This document shows positions 55,445 to 64,000 of a DNA stretch of 64,000 nt, in pieces (within the stretch, counting starts at the first letter, position 1; every line of letters begins with the position of its first letter). Source of the DNA: an uncultured Candidatus Saccharibacteria bacterium (GTDB lineage Bacteria; Patescibacteriota; Minisyncoccia; Phycocordibacterales; CSBR16-119); NCBI GenBank assembly GCA_964589975.1, contig CAZPVH010000003.1, positions 5,608 to 69,607 of the forward strand, written 5' to 3'. Position numbers and translations under genes: made by a program. The notes under the pieces were generated by a model. The model had not been told where the DNA came from. It made no database searches and saw only the letters and a list, made by a program, of their open reading frames with translations.

Positions 55445-55932
55445 TTTCCATTATTTCTTCCATTCAGATGAGCGACCGAGGCCTCGGCTACGAGAACGAC
55501 CTCCTTTTCAAGATCCCGGAAGACCTCAAGCGCTTCCGCGATCTGACCATAGGACATCCGGTCATCATGGGTCGACGAACCTGGGAATCCCTACCACTAA
55601 AATTCCGCCCGCTCCCCGGAAGAACGAATATAGTCATTACATCAAAAGACTTAAGTGCTAGCCCGGAAGTCATCGTCTGCAAAAACGTTGAAGACGCCGT
55701 GAGTGAAGCTAAAAAGCTCGATAAAGATTTCGCCATCATCGGCGGCGCCATGGTTTTCAATAAGACGCTTCCCTATACCAACAGGCTCCTTCTAACTGAA
55801 ATAGAGGGTAACAAGACATCCGACACCTTTTTCCCGGAATTCAAAAATGATTTCGTGCTAGAAAATTCCGCCGGACCATTTGAGACAGCTGAAGGAATAA
55901 AATACTGGTTCAACGACTACAAAAGAAAATAA
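55441..55932 (+). CDS. folA: dihydrofolate reductase
   Basis: Start moved to Met at 55441 (ATGA overlap with dcd); DHFR motifs IMGRRTWESLP, IIGG. Confidence 0.85.
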   Translation: MISIISSIQMSDRGLGYENDLLFKIPEDLKRFRDLTIGHPVIMGRRTWESLPLKFRPLPGRTNIVITSKDLSASPEVIVCKNVEDAVSEAKKLDKDFAIIGGAMVFNKTLPYTNRLLLTEIEGNKTSDTFFPEFKNDFVLENSAGPFETAEGIKYWFNDYKRK

Positions 55933-55956
55933 TTCCCTTTCTCTCCCTCTCCTCAG

Positions 55957-56043
55957 CAAAAGAAAAAACACATTTCCGAATCCCGAGGACCTAGTGACGT
56001 TGTCACGATCCCGCAGGGTGAGGAAATGTGTTTTTTCTTTTGC
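55957..56043. repeat. conserved-core stem-loop element, copy C (core 55983-56017)
   Basis: Core CCGAGGACCTAGtgacgttgtcaCGATCCCGCAGG inside a perfect 21-bp inverted repeat (gcaaaagaaaaaacacatttc / gaaatgtgttttttcttttgc); between convergent dfrA and rplK stops. Confidence 0.75.
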
Positions 56044-56046
56044 TTC

Positions 56047-56478
56047 CTACTTCACCTCTATGCCCATCGATCGGCATTGCCCTTCAACAATCTTCATGGC
56101 GGCTTCGATAGTGTTTGCTGAGAGATCCTTCATCTTTAGAGTCGCGATTTCTTCAACCTTGGCCCTACTAATCGTTCCAGCCTTCTTTGTGGCGTTTTTT
56201 GATGATCCCTTGTCGATCCCAGCGGCCTTGAGGATTAAGGGGCCAGTAAGTGGGGTTTTGGTATCGAATTCGTAGGTCCTATCCTCGAATACACGAAGTT
56301 TGACTGAAACCTTGCCCTGACCGATCATATCCTTTGTTCGATCGTTGAATTCTGTAACGAAAACACCAATAGGAATACCAGCCTGACCGATGGTAGGACC
56401 AATAGGCGGAGCTGGCGTTGCGCGCCCGGCTTCGATCTGCATTTTAACGTTTTTTACTACTTTCTTTTTGCTGGCCAT
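56047..56478 (-). CDS. rplK: 50S ribosomal protein L11
   Basis: L11 N-terminal PPIGPTIGQ motif. Confidence 0.95.
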   Translation of the reverse strand: MASKKKVVKNVKMQIEAGRATPAPPIGPTIGQAGIPIGVFVTEFNDRTKDMIGQGKVSVKLRVFEDRTYEFDTKTPLTGPLILKAAGIDKGSSKNATKKAGTISRAKVEEIATLKMKDLSANTIEAAMKIVEGQCRSMGIEVK

Positions 56479-56496
56479 AATGGGTCTTAGATTAGC

Positions 56497-57045
56497 TTAA
56501 ATCTTCCTAACTTGCAAGAAGTCCAATTCTACCGGAGTTTCGCGCCCGAACATGGACACCAGGACATTCACTTTGCCCCTTTCAGTATCGACTGAGTTCA
56601 CCTTACCCTCTAAGTCCTTAAACGGGCCATCGACGATAGAAACTGTCTCACCTGGAATCATGTCTATCTCATGTTTCGCTCCATCATCCTTCTTCATGCG
56701 GCCGAGGAGCATGTTGATTTCAGCCGGAGAGACCGGGACGGGGTTAACGCCGGCGCCAACGAAGCCAGTCACGCGCGGAGTGTTTCGAACCACGTACCAA
56801 GAGTCGTCGTTAACAATCATGTCAACAAGCACGTAGCCAGGGTAGATCTTCTCTTCGACTTCGACGCGCTTTCCTCCTTTGATCTTGATATTCTTTTCTG
56901 TCGGAACTATAACGTCAAAAATCTTATCCTGCATACCAAGGCTGTCGATACGCTGCTTCAAATTTCTCTGAACAGCATTCTCATAGCCGGCATAGGTGTG
57001 GATAGCGTACCAGTTTCTTTCTTGTGGAAGTTCTTGCTTGGCCAT
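56497..57045 (-). CDS. nusG: transcription termination/antitermination factor NusG
   Basis: NGN domain WYAIHTYAGYEN and C-terminal KOW domain. Confidence 0.9.
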   Translation of the reverse strand: MAKQELPQERNWYAIHTYAGYENAVQRNLKQRIDSLGMQDKIFDVIVPTEKNIKIKGGKRVEVEEKIYPGYVLVDMIVNDDSWYVVRNTPRVTGFVGAGVNPVPVSPAEINMLLGRMKKDDGAKHEIDMIPGETVSIVDGPFKDLEGKVNSVDTERGKVNVLVSMFGRETPVELDFLQVRKI

Positions 57046-57048
57046 ATG

Positions 57049-57231
57049 TTAGTTAATTAGGCTTTGTAATCCTTTAGCAAAGAGGACATCCAGGAGGCCG
57101 AGGTAGTAGGCTACAATGAGGGAAATGGCGAAAACAGCAATCGTGTAGCGGATTGTTTCTGCGCGAGTCGGCCACTTGATGTGCCTAGTCTCGCCGAGCG
57201 ACTCCTTTATGTATGTGAAAAATTTAGTCAT
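57049..57231 (-). CDS. secE: preprotein translocase subunit SecE
   Basis: 60-aa single-TM protein in secE-nusG-rplK order. Confidence 0.85.
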   Translation of the reverse strand: MTKFFTYIKESLGETRHIKWPTRAETIRYTIAVFAISLIVAYYLGLLDVLFAKGLQSLIN

Positions 57232-57404
57232 ATATTTTGATTACTCCCCCCTTTAAAAAAACGCCCCGGAAGGCATGAATGAACAATACTCCTTCCAGGG
57301 ATAAAAGTCAAATGGCAGAATTTTTCCAAAATATGTGCAAAACTTTTATTGTTTCATGAAAGTTATGTGTACAATTATGTCATCGATAATCTATTTTTTA
57401 TTTT

Positions 57405-57680
57405 ATGGCAGAACAAGAAGAAACTAAAACAAAAAAAGTCGTGAAAAAGAAACCAGCAAAAAAAGCGTCTGCCCCAAAAGAGGACGCGAGTAAAAATATC
57501 CTTCACATTAAAAAGCATGATGGCAATTTCGGCTCGATCGGGAAAAGCGTCGGCACGGCCGCAGTCATCATGACCGCGCTCGTCATCACCATCGCCCCGG
57601 CTTCCGTCTGGATCCTAGGTCCAGTCATCGGTGCCATGGCCATATTCGGGATCGCTATGGGATACTTCGCATCGAAATAG
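57405..57680 (+). CDS. hypothetical small membrane protein (Lys-rich N-terminus, two TM helices)
   Basis: ORF followed by a perfect GC-rich hairpin at 57710-57737. Confidence 0.5.
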   Translation: MAEQEETKTKKVVKKKPAKKASAPKEDASKNILHIKKHDGNFGSIGKSVGTAAVIMTALVITIAPASVWILGPVIGAMAIFGIAMGYFASK

Positions 57681-57709
57681 CTGATAGCGTATAGCTTATA
57701 GAAAACGAA

Positions 57710-57737
57710 AAGCCCTGCGTGCGTGCACGCAGGGCTT
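57710..57737. terminator. bidirectional GC-rich hairpin terminator
   Basis: aagccctgcgtgcgtgcacgcagggctt perfect palindromic stem between convergent genes 57405-57680 and 57742-58281. Confidence 0.6.
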
Positions 57738-57741
57738 TCGA

Positions 57742-58281
57742 TTACTTGTTCACTTTCTCATCCTCAGCCAACATTTCCATCTGATAGCCGGGACGAATGA
57801 TGACGCCCTGATCAAGTAGTGTCTTGGTGTCTATCCAGATCACTTTGTTCAGGAATTTGAACGGTAAGTTCACTCTATCCAATAGCTCGAGACTAAGCTC
57901 GCGCAGGATCTCTTTCGCATAGGCTTCATTGAGTCCGGATTCATCAGCAGTGGTATCCTCCTCATGTCTACCTTTGAATTGGAAGATTGACTCAAGAAGA
58001 TCGAGACCGGTCTTACCTTCAACAACCTTATCTGTACCTTTGTAATGCTCATTGCCTGGCACGTCTTCCTTGCGCAAACTATTAGGAACTGTCAGGGTGA
58101 AAAAAGCGCATTTGCCACTCGATTTCTCACGAATGCAGCATACGCCCTTCCAATAACTCAAGAGTGTGTGATAGCATGTACGCCCCCAATCATCTTGATA
58201 TTGTGACCCGTGATTCCACGAGTTATCCAAGAGTCCGACTTGAAATTCAAGGTTCAGAGTTATCCCTTCAAGGATCATCAT
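57742..58281 (-). CDS. hypothetical protein
   Basis: 179-aa ORF, no recognised family. Confidence 0.45.
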   Translation of the reverse strand: MMILEGITLNLEFQVGLLDNSWNHGSQYQDDWGRTCYHTLLSYWKGVCCIREKSSGKCAFFTLTVPNSLRKEDVPGNEHYKGTDKVVEGKTGLDLLESIFQFKGRHEEDTTADESGLNEAYAKEILRELSLELLDRVNLPFKFLNKVIWIDTKTLLDQGVIIRPGYQMEMLAEDEKVNK

Positions 58282-58340
58282 GAGCGTAGGTGTTGTTTGT
58301 CTTTAATCTACTCCTCCCCCGCTGCTTTTGCAAGCATGAG

Positions 58341-58364
58341 AAAATCCGCTTCACAGCGGATTTT
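58341..58364 (-). terminator. intrinsic terminator following element D (downstream of fusA)
   Basis: aaaatccgcttcacagcggatttt hairpin followed by a UUUUCUC tract on the minus strand. Confidence 0.65.
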
Positions 58365-58377
58365 CCTCTTTCTCTAA

Positions 58378-58462
58378 GCGGAGCAAAATCTGAATTTTCT
58401 GAACCCGAGGACCTAGCAAAGCGATCCCGCAGCGGTGAAGAAAATTCAGATTTTGCGGAGCG
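58378..58462. repeat. conserved-core stem-loop element, copy D (core 58405-58432)
   Basis: Core CCGAGGACCTAGcaaagCGATCCCGCAG inside a 17-bp inverted repeat; it lies between the fusA stop (58467) and the hairpin terminator at 58341-58364. Confidence 0.7.
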
Positions 58463-58466
58463 ACTT

Positions 58467-60629
58467 TTATTTCGCTGGCGTGCCTGCGCGCTTCTTGATG
58501 ATCTCTTCGGCAACGTTCTTTGGCACAACATCGTAGCGGAGGAATTCCATTGTGAAGTTTCCGCGGCCGGCCGTCATCGAACGGAGATTATTGATGTAGC
58601 CGAACATTTCAGAGAGTGGTACGACAGCTTTAATAGCCTGGACCATTCCTCGGTCTTCGGTACCCTCAACGAGTCCTCGCTTTGAAGCAATGTCGCCTGT
58701 GATGTCTCCCATGTTTGCATGAGGGGCCACAACTTCAACTTTCATCATAGGCTCAAGGATAACTGGATTCGCTTTTCGCGCAGCTTCCTGGAAGGCCATG
58801 GAGCCGGCGATCTTGAAGGCGATTTCTGAGGAGTCGACATCGTGGTATGAACCGTCGTAAAGCTCGACGCGAACATCAGTAATTGGATAACCAGCCACCA
58901 CACCGCGCTGCATAGATTCGATAATACCCTTTTCGACAGCCGGGATAAATTCGTTCGGGATGACGCCTCCTTTGATGGCGTTAACGAACTCGAGCCCGTC
59001 TTCACGAGTCGTGTTCTTTGGCAAGTCTTCAACAGGAATACTGTAGTCGATTGGAGAAAGGCGAATTCTGACATGGCCGTACTGACCGCGTCCGCCGGAC
59101 TGCTTAACGTATTTGTGATCGACTTCGGCATTGCCTTTGATGGTTTCGCGGAAAGCGACCTGCGGCGCGGAAGTGTTCGCCTCAACGGAGAATTCCCTCT
59201 TCATGCGGTCAACGAGGATTTCCAAGTGTAGTTCTCCCATACCAGCGATGATGGTTTCGCCAGTTTCAGGATCAGATGATACGCGGAATGTTGGATCTTC
59301 GGCGGAGAGACGCGACAGGGCAAGGCCCATTTTCTCCTGATCAGCCTTAGTTTTCGGCTCGATTCGCATGGAAATAACCGGCTCAGGGGCGATGATTCGT
59401 TCAAGGATGATCGGCTTGTCTTCATCGCAAAGAGTGTCAGATGTCGTTGTGTCTTTGAGGCCGACGGCCGCGGCAATTTCACCGGCGTAAACAACCTTTA
59501 CCTCTTCTCGTTCGTTGGCGTGCATACGGAGGATTCGGCCAATACGCTCTTTAGTATTTTTTGTCGCATTGTAAACATATGATCCGGCTTCTAGAGAACC
59601 CGAGTAAACGCGGATGAAAGTGAGCTGGCCGACGTATGGATCAGACTGAAGCTTGAACGCGAGCGCGGAAAGAGGCGCTGTGTCAGAAGGCTCCCTGGTG
59701 ATAGTCTCTCCGGTATTCGGATCAATTCCGTGAGTCATCGGGATATCGAGAGGCGATGGCAAATAGTCGACAACGCCGTCAAGGACGAGCTGAACGCCTT
59801 TGTTCTTCAAAGCTGATCCCGCAAAAACTGGGAAGATAGCATTATTGATGACAGCCTTTCGTAGGACCTTCTTTAGATCTTCGATTGGAAAATCTGTCTT
59901 GCCATCAAGATACTCTGACATCATCTTCTCGTCATTTTCGACGATTTTTTCTAGGAGTTCCATATGGAATTTCTCCGCCTCGGTCTTGTAAGCTTCAGGG
60001 ATTTCCATTTCAATAACATCTTTGCCCTTGTCGCCTTCGAACCTGTAGGCCTTCATCTTTAGGAGGTCGATGACAGCTTCGAACTGGTCTTCTAGACCGA
60101 TCGGGATCTGAATTCGAACGGCTTTCTTCGTGAGGCGGGCTAGGATAGACTCGTATGATTTCTCAAAAGAGGCTCCGGTTCGGTCGAGCTTGTTGATGAA
60201 GCAGAGGCGCGGAACATTTCCTTCGTCGGCATAGCGCCAGTTCGTTTCTGACTGAGGCTCAACGCCGGCCACGCCGTCAAAGACGACGACTGCGCCGTCG
60301 AGAACGCGGAGGGATCGCTTAACTTCGATCGTGAAGTCGATGTGTCCCGGGGTGTCGATCAGGTTAAAGCGAGTCTTCTTCGTCGTGTCGCCTTTCGGCA
60401 TGTAAGTCGGGCTCCAGAAACAAGTTGTGGCGGCGGAGGTAATGGTGATTCCCCTCTCTCGCTCCTGCTCCATCCAGTCCATGACCGTGTCGCCCTCGTG
60501 AACTTCGCCGATCTTGTGGGACATTCCGGTATAAAAAAGCACGCGCTCAGATGTCGTGGTCTTACCAGCATCGATGTGCGCGATGATTCCAAAATTTCTA
60601 ACTTTCTCCAGAGGATAATCCCTTCCCAT
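58467..60629 (-). CDS. fusA: elongation factor G
   Basis: G domain [14 protein letters not shown]; full EF-G length. Confidence 0.95.
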   Translation of the reverse strand: MGRDYPLEKVRNFGIIAHIDAGKTTTSERVLFYTGMSHKIGEVHEGDTVMDWMEQERERGITITSAATTCFWSPTYMPKGDTTKKTRFNLIDTPGHIDFTIEVKRSLRVLDGAVVVFDGVAGVEPQSETNWRYADEGNVPRLCFINKLDRTGASFEKSYESILARLTKKAVRIQIPIGLEDQFEAVIDLLKMKAYRFEGDKGKDVIEMEIPEAYKTEAEKFHMELLEKIVENDEKMMSEYLDGKTDFPIEDLKKVLRKAVINNAIFPVFAGSALKNKGVQLVLDGVVDYLPSPLDIPMTHGIDPNTGETITREPSDTAPLSALAFKLQSDPYVGQLTFIRVYSGSLEAGSYVYNATKNTKERIGRILRMHANEREEVKVVYAGEIAAAVGLKDTTTSDTLCDEDKPIILERIIAPEPVISMRIEPKTKADQEKMGLALSRLSAEDPTFRVSSDPETGETIIAGMGELHLEILVDRMKREFSVEANTSAPQVAFRETIKGNAEVDHKYVKQSGGRGQYGHVRIRLSPIDYSIPVEDLPKNTTREDGLEFVNAIKGGVIPNEFIPAVEKGIIESMQRGVVAGYPITDVRVELYDGSYHDVDSSEIAFKIAGSMAFQEAARKANPVILEPMMKVEVVAPHANMGDITGDIASKRGLVEGTEDRGMVQAIKAVVPLSEMFGYINNLRSMTAGRGNFTMEFLRYDVVPKNVAEEIIKKRAGTPAK

Positions 60630-60678
60630 ATAAAAAATTGTTAATATTAATTATTCAAATTTAATCTCGCCCGCGAAA

Positions 60679-61149
60679 TTACCAAGCAAAGTGAGCAAAG
60701 GCCTTGTTGGCCTCGGCCATCTTGTGAGTATCGTCTCGCTTTTTGATAGCGAAGCCTTCGCTGTTGTAAGCCTGGAGAAGCTCTTCAGAAAGAGCCTTGT
60801 CCATCTTGATGCCACTCTTTGAGCGTGCGGCTTCTATGATCCATCGCATAGCGAGCTGGAGTCGGCGCTCGGCCCGAACTTCACGAGGAACCTGATAGTT
60901 GGCTCCGCCGACACGGCGTGAGCGGACTTCCATGGAAGGAGAAGCATTTTTAAGAGCCATGTCGAAAACTTCTAGCGGATTTGGATTTCCCGTTTTCTCC
61001 TTTATGTTCTCGAGGGTCTGATAGACAACCTTTTCAGCCGTGATGCGCTTGCCGTCCTGCATGATGTAGTTAATGAAACGAGAAAGCTTCTCAGAGTTGT
61101 AGACTCGATCAGCTTTGACAATATTTCGATTTTTGACTTTCCTTCGCAT
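60679..61149 (-). CDS. rpsG: 30S ribosomal protein S7
   Basis: S7 family sequence; str operon order. Confidence 0.95.
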   Translation of the reverse strand: MRRKVKNRNIVKADRVYNSEKLSRFINYIMQDGKRITAEKVVYQTLENIKEKTGNPNPLEVFDMALKNASPSMEVRSRRVGGANYQVPREVRAERRLQLAMRWIIEAARSKSGIKMDKALSEELLQAYNSEGFAIKKRDDTHKMAEANKAFAHFAW

Positions 61150-61162
61150 GAATTATTTAAAA

Positions 61163-61579
61163 TTATTTACCTTTTGGTTTCTTATTGCCGTATTTACTTC
61201 GAGCGTTTCGGCGCTTCTCAACTCCCTGCGCATCTAGAACTCCTCTCACGACGGTGTATCGTACTCCGATGAGGTCTTTCACGCGACCCGACCGAAGCAT
61301 AACAACGGAGTGCTCCTGGAGGCTGTGGCCTTCTCCTGGGATATAAGCTGTGACTTCCATACCGTTAGTCAAGCGGACTCGGGCAATCTTTCGGAGAGCT
61401 GAGTTTGGCTTCTTAGGGGTTGTAGTTGTAACCTTAGTACAAACACCTCGCTTGAATGGAGAAAAGTATGAGGTTGGGCGATTTGTAATAGTGTTGAAGC
61501 CACGAGTAAGAGCCAGGGTCTTGGATTTCCTGACTGTCTTCTTTCGCGGCTTTTTGATTAGTTGATTTATTGTCGCCAT
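61163..61579 (-). CDS. rpsL: 30S ribosomal protein S12
   Basis: Start set at [10 protein letters not shown] (61579); the longer ORF-track start adds an implausible 35-aa extension. Confidence 0.9.
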   Translation of the reverse strand: MATINQLIKKPRKKTVRKSKTLALTRGFNTITNRPTSYFSPFKRGVCTKVTTTTPKKPNSALRKIARVRLTNGMEVTAYIPGEGHSLQEHSVVMLRSGRVKDLIGVRYTVVRGVLDAQGVEKRRNARSKYGNKKPKGK

Positions 61580-61708
61580 TTCTTTCGTAAAGAAAAAGTA
61601 GTCCAAAAAGACTAGTGGGGACACTTTACTATGTGGCGTTAAAGAATGCAAGCCCTTTTGACCATAAAAGCAGAAAGCCCCCAACCGGATGGTCGGGGGC
61701 GCTTCGCA

Positions 61709-63442
61709 TTACGGGTTCACCATGATCCGGCGGGTGCCGGCTTCACCACCCACAAAGAACATACCTGTCACCTTCGGGACGAAGAAGTCGCCGCCGTTGG
61801 CAAGGATCTGCCCTCCTGAGTCGACCAAGAAACATCCCTGTGGGATTAGGATCGGTTGATCGACCCTAATCACCTGTGAACCAGAGACCGTCGTAGTGAC
61901 GGCAACAACATGTCCGACGATCTTCGTCGTACCATCTGTATCCGTCTGACGGAGCCTGTAGTAGCTCGTGCCGAGAAGCGGATCAGAGTCAATGGCATCA
62001 TAGATCGTCTGTTGTTGGCTATTCCCAAGACTATGGACACGGAGCACCTCTGTGAAGCCAAGCCCGTCAACCGACCTTTCGATCGAGTAGTAGTCGTTGT
62101 TCCGCTCCGACGCCGTCGCCCAGTCAAGCCGCACCACTCCGTCATCGGCAAATGCCCTGAAGTAAAGAAGCGTGACGGGAAGGGTTGTAATCGAGCATGG
62201 CACTGACAGCGGACTATATTCCGTCATGTCGCTGCCTGCATATTCGGAGAACACTGCGTTCGTCCAAGCATACAAGCTCGAATTGGTCAGAACAGTGAAG
62301 TTCGAGTAGGAGGATGGCACGATACTCATCGAACCGAGCAGCTCGCACGCATCCCCAGAGATTACACCAGTGACCACATCGATACGCGTCATCATTATGC
62401 CTGGTGTTATGCCAGCGGTCGTAGGAACGATGAGATCAGATCCTTCGATGGCCATATCAGCGCAAACGGCGCCGAAGGTATTCACGTCGCGTGACCAGAC
62501 TACCGATCCCGAAGGATCGATTTTCCAGACCGTCGAAACGTAAGGGGAAGTCCTGCTTCCACCAATGAAGACACTGCCATCATCTGCCGCCAGAATCTTA
62601 CTAGCAATCAGGTATTGACCCGATATACAGAAGACTGACGGTGTAGATGCAAGAGAGAATGCATTATCGAGCCGAATAAGCCCCATGCGATCCCCCATCG
62701 GACCAGCTCTCGTCACAATCGTTATTCCTGCAGACGTCACTGACGCCGCGTAAAATATGTCGTGATAGAGCGTGGAACCGTAACTGCGGTGTAGCGTGAC
62801 TGTTCCATCTTGATCGAATACTGAGAGGAACACGTTTGAGTTACCACCGACAGGCTCTGTCCCAAGGACCACTGTATTCGATCCCTGACAGATAACCGCT
62901 GACGCATCAGAAGTACTGATACCAACGAGTATCTTTGACCAAAGCAGGTCTCCCGCGGCACTTAGACGCAAGAGCGCCATATCGAAGCCTGAGCCCAGGA
63001 GAACCGAGATACTTCCATCCGAAGCTTCAGCCACATCATAGGCGATGTCGCTAGCAAGAAAGAAGTTTCGCGTCCACAAGGTATCAAGATTCGCGTCATA
63101 TCGGCAAACATAAGCACGCGTCTCGCCGGTAAGTTGAGTATTCCCGGCGGCAATGTAACCACCTGAAGCCGCTTTTACGAGAGCCGAGTAAGTACCCGTA
63201 GCTAATTGCTTAGAAGCCGGGTCGACATATCCGTAACCGAATCGAGTTATGGAAGCTCTTTCTACAAACCCAGGAGACAGGCTGACATAGCCAGCCGCAA
63301 CATAGGTATCGTAGCCATCATAGACCATGGCATTGGTGAGGAGAGCACTGCCGGCTCCCCCCATCGGCAATAGCCGGAAAGCCTGCTGGGCGAATGTATG
63401 TGCGCCAGCAAGACTGAGGAGGAGGGCCAGGAAGTGTCTCAT
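61709..63442 (-). CDS. secreted beta-propeller-like protein with C-terminal beta-sandwich domain (GC-rich gene)
   Basis: Signal peptide MRHFLALLLSLAGAHTFAQQ; repeated blade-like segments; C-terminal domain with LDWAT...YYSIERS...YYRLRQTDTDG pattern; a hairpin terminator follows immediately. Confidence 0.6.
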   Translation of the reverse strand: MRHFLALLLSLAGAHTFAQQAFRLLPMGGAGSALLTNAMVYDGYDTYVAAGYVSLSPGFVERASITRFGYGYVDPASKQLATGTYSALVKAASGGYIAAGNTQLTGETRAYVCRYDANLDTLWTRNFFLASDIAYDVAEASDGSISVLLGSGFDMALLRLSAAGDLLWSKILVGISTSDASAVICQGSNTVVLGTEPVGGNSNVFLSVFDQDGTVTLHRSYGSTLYHDIFYAASVTSAGITIVTRAGPMGDRMGLIRLDNAFSLASTPSVFCISGQYLIASKILAADDGSVFIGGSRTSPYVSTVWKIDPSGSVVWSRDVNTFGAVCADMAIEGSDLIVPTTAGITPGIMMTRIDVVTGVISGDACELLGSMSIVPSSYSNFTVLTNSSLYAWTNAVFSEYAGSDMTEYSPLSVPCSITTLPVTLLYFRAFADDGVVRLDWATASERNNDYYSIERSVDGLGFTEVLRVHSLGNSQQQTIYDAIDSDPLLGTSYYRLRQTDTDGTTKIVGHVVAVTTTVSGSQVIRVDQPILIPQGCFLVDSGGQILANGGDFFVPKVTGMFFVGGEAGTRRIMVNP

Positions 63443-63510
63443 GTGTTTGGTTTTTTGTTTATTTTGTGAACCCTTTACAAAGGGCAGATTTCCCTTTATT
63501 TATAACATTT

Positions 63511-63547
63511 TTAAAGAAAAAAGTCAAGGGTTATCCACAACCCTTGA
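63511..63547 (-). terminator. intrinsic terminator downstream of gene 63593-63997
   Basis: gtcaagggttatccacaacccttgac hairpin with a U6 tract on the minus strand. Confidence 0.55.
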
Positions 63548-63592
63548 CTTTTCGCCCTTTTGCCTTAAAACCCTTATTTTATGGGGTTTTCG

Positions 63593-63997
63593 CTAGACCT
63601 CAAAATTCTGGCCGATAAATCCCTTTTTAACTCGAAAAGTTTCGGAAGTATAGATTTCTTTGTATTCATCTTCCCCGATCTTCTTTTCAATCTTTACGTA
63701 GTATTCGCCATTTGGCACCAAGACATAGTACTTCCCGGTTTTACCAATGATGGCGTGGGCAATTTCTTTCTTTAGAGCCTTTGAATAAACTTTCACGAGT
63801 CCGAATGATAACGGGAATCCGCTCCCCGCTTCGGAAACGTATCCCGGCTTCTTTGGCTTCACTCCAAAAAGTCGAAGAATGAATACGGCAGCATAAACAC
63901 CCAGCAAAATATAGTTTAGTGTTGAAGGTCCCGTCACGAGAAGCACCAAAGAAGACACGAGCCCGCCCCAGAACGCAACACCGGCGATGTGCGCCAA
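63593..63997 (-). CDS. hypothetical membrane protein (may extend beyond window edge)
   Basis: 134-aa ORF with two TM helices; the start lies within 3 nt of the window end. Confidence 0.4.
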   Translation of the reverse strand: MAHIAGVAFWGGLVSSLVLLVTGPSTLNYILLGVYAAVFILRLFGVKPKKPGYVSEAGSGFPLSFGLVKVYSKALKKEIAHAIIGKTGKYYVLVPNGEYYVKIEKKIGEDEYKEIYTSETFRVKKGFIGQNFEV

Positions 63998-64000
63998 GAA

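Noticed and set aside
57232-57404. Expected tRNA-Trp upstream of secE
   Set aside because: Many bacteria have tRNA-Trp before secE. This 173-bp spacer has a GGAAGG/CCUUCC hairpin but no cloverleaf-compatible T-arm or anticodon arm, so no tRNA is called.
61580-61684. 35-codon N-terminal extension of rpsL in the ORF track
   Set aside because: S12 proteins start at [10 protein letters not shown]-type sequences. The extension ([15 protein letters not shown]…) is hydrophobic, unlike S12, and would overlap the upstream intergenic region.
1-64000. CRISPR arrays, rRNA genes, transposases and integrases
   Set aside because: No regularly spaced direct repeats, no rRNA-like conserved stretches, and no ORF with transposase or integrase motifs were seen. 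The repeats that are present are palindromic singletons, not arrays.

Overview
This 64-kb window reads as a low-GC, gene-dense bacterial chromosome segment with mostly minus-strand genes. Its small-genome organisation is compatible with a Patescibacteria/CPR-type organism; that taxonomy is inference only.

Gene content, in order:
- Positions 58-11727: a cell-surface glycan biosynthesis cluster with GT2, GT4/GT1, FkbM and SAM methyltransferases, a PseB/CapD-like dehydratase, WbqC, a PIG-L deacetylase, and an O-antigen-ligase/TPR membrane protein.
- A very acidic secreted protein with a peptidoglycan-binding domain.
- ftsK and recA, a beta-CASP MBL ribonuclease and ndk.
- Three small secreted proteins, followed by a 909-aa FtsK/HerA/VirD4-superfamily ATPase.
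- map-adk and the rpsF-ssb-rpsR operon.
- tatD-metG, glyQS and recO, and an ileS gene carrying a complete histidine-phosphatase domain as an internal insertion.
- argS and msrA, a YceI protein, a DoxX protein and a DUF4407-like membrane protein.
- A thymidylate-cycle cluster (glyA-dut-tmk / thyA-dcd-folA).
- secE-nusG-rplK, and the str operon rpsL-rpsG-fusA.
- A GC-rich secreted beta-propeller protein.

Observations most worth a second look:
1. A four-copy family of ~85-nt stem-loop elements. Each has a conserved ~30-nt core (CCGAGGACCTAG-N5-11-CGATCCCGCAG) inside a variable ~20-bp stem. Three of the four sit directly between a minus-strand stop codon (RNase, rpsR, fusA) and a canonical intrinsic terminator; the fourth sits between the convergent stops of dfrA and rplK.
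2. The histidine-phosphatase (PGM-like) domain inserted into IleRS, together with an apparently degenerate HIGH motif.
3. The 909-aa ATPase locus. Its 3' end and terminator tail are duplicated about 1.2 kb away, bracketing a two-gene cassette of small secreted proteins. A long inverted repeat sits at its 5' end, and its sequence motif recurs upstream of ssb.
4. A promoter-plus-terminator-delimited ~190-nt structured noncoding transcript candidate upstream of rpsF.
5. Several GC-rich islands that encode hypothetical proteins.

No CRISPR array, rRNA, or convincing tRNA was found.
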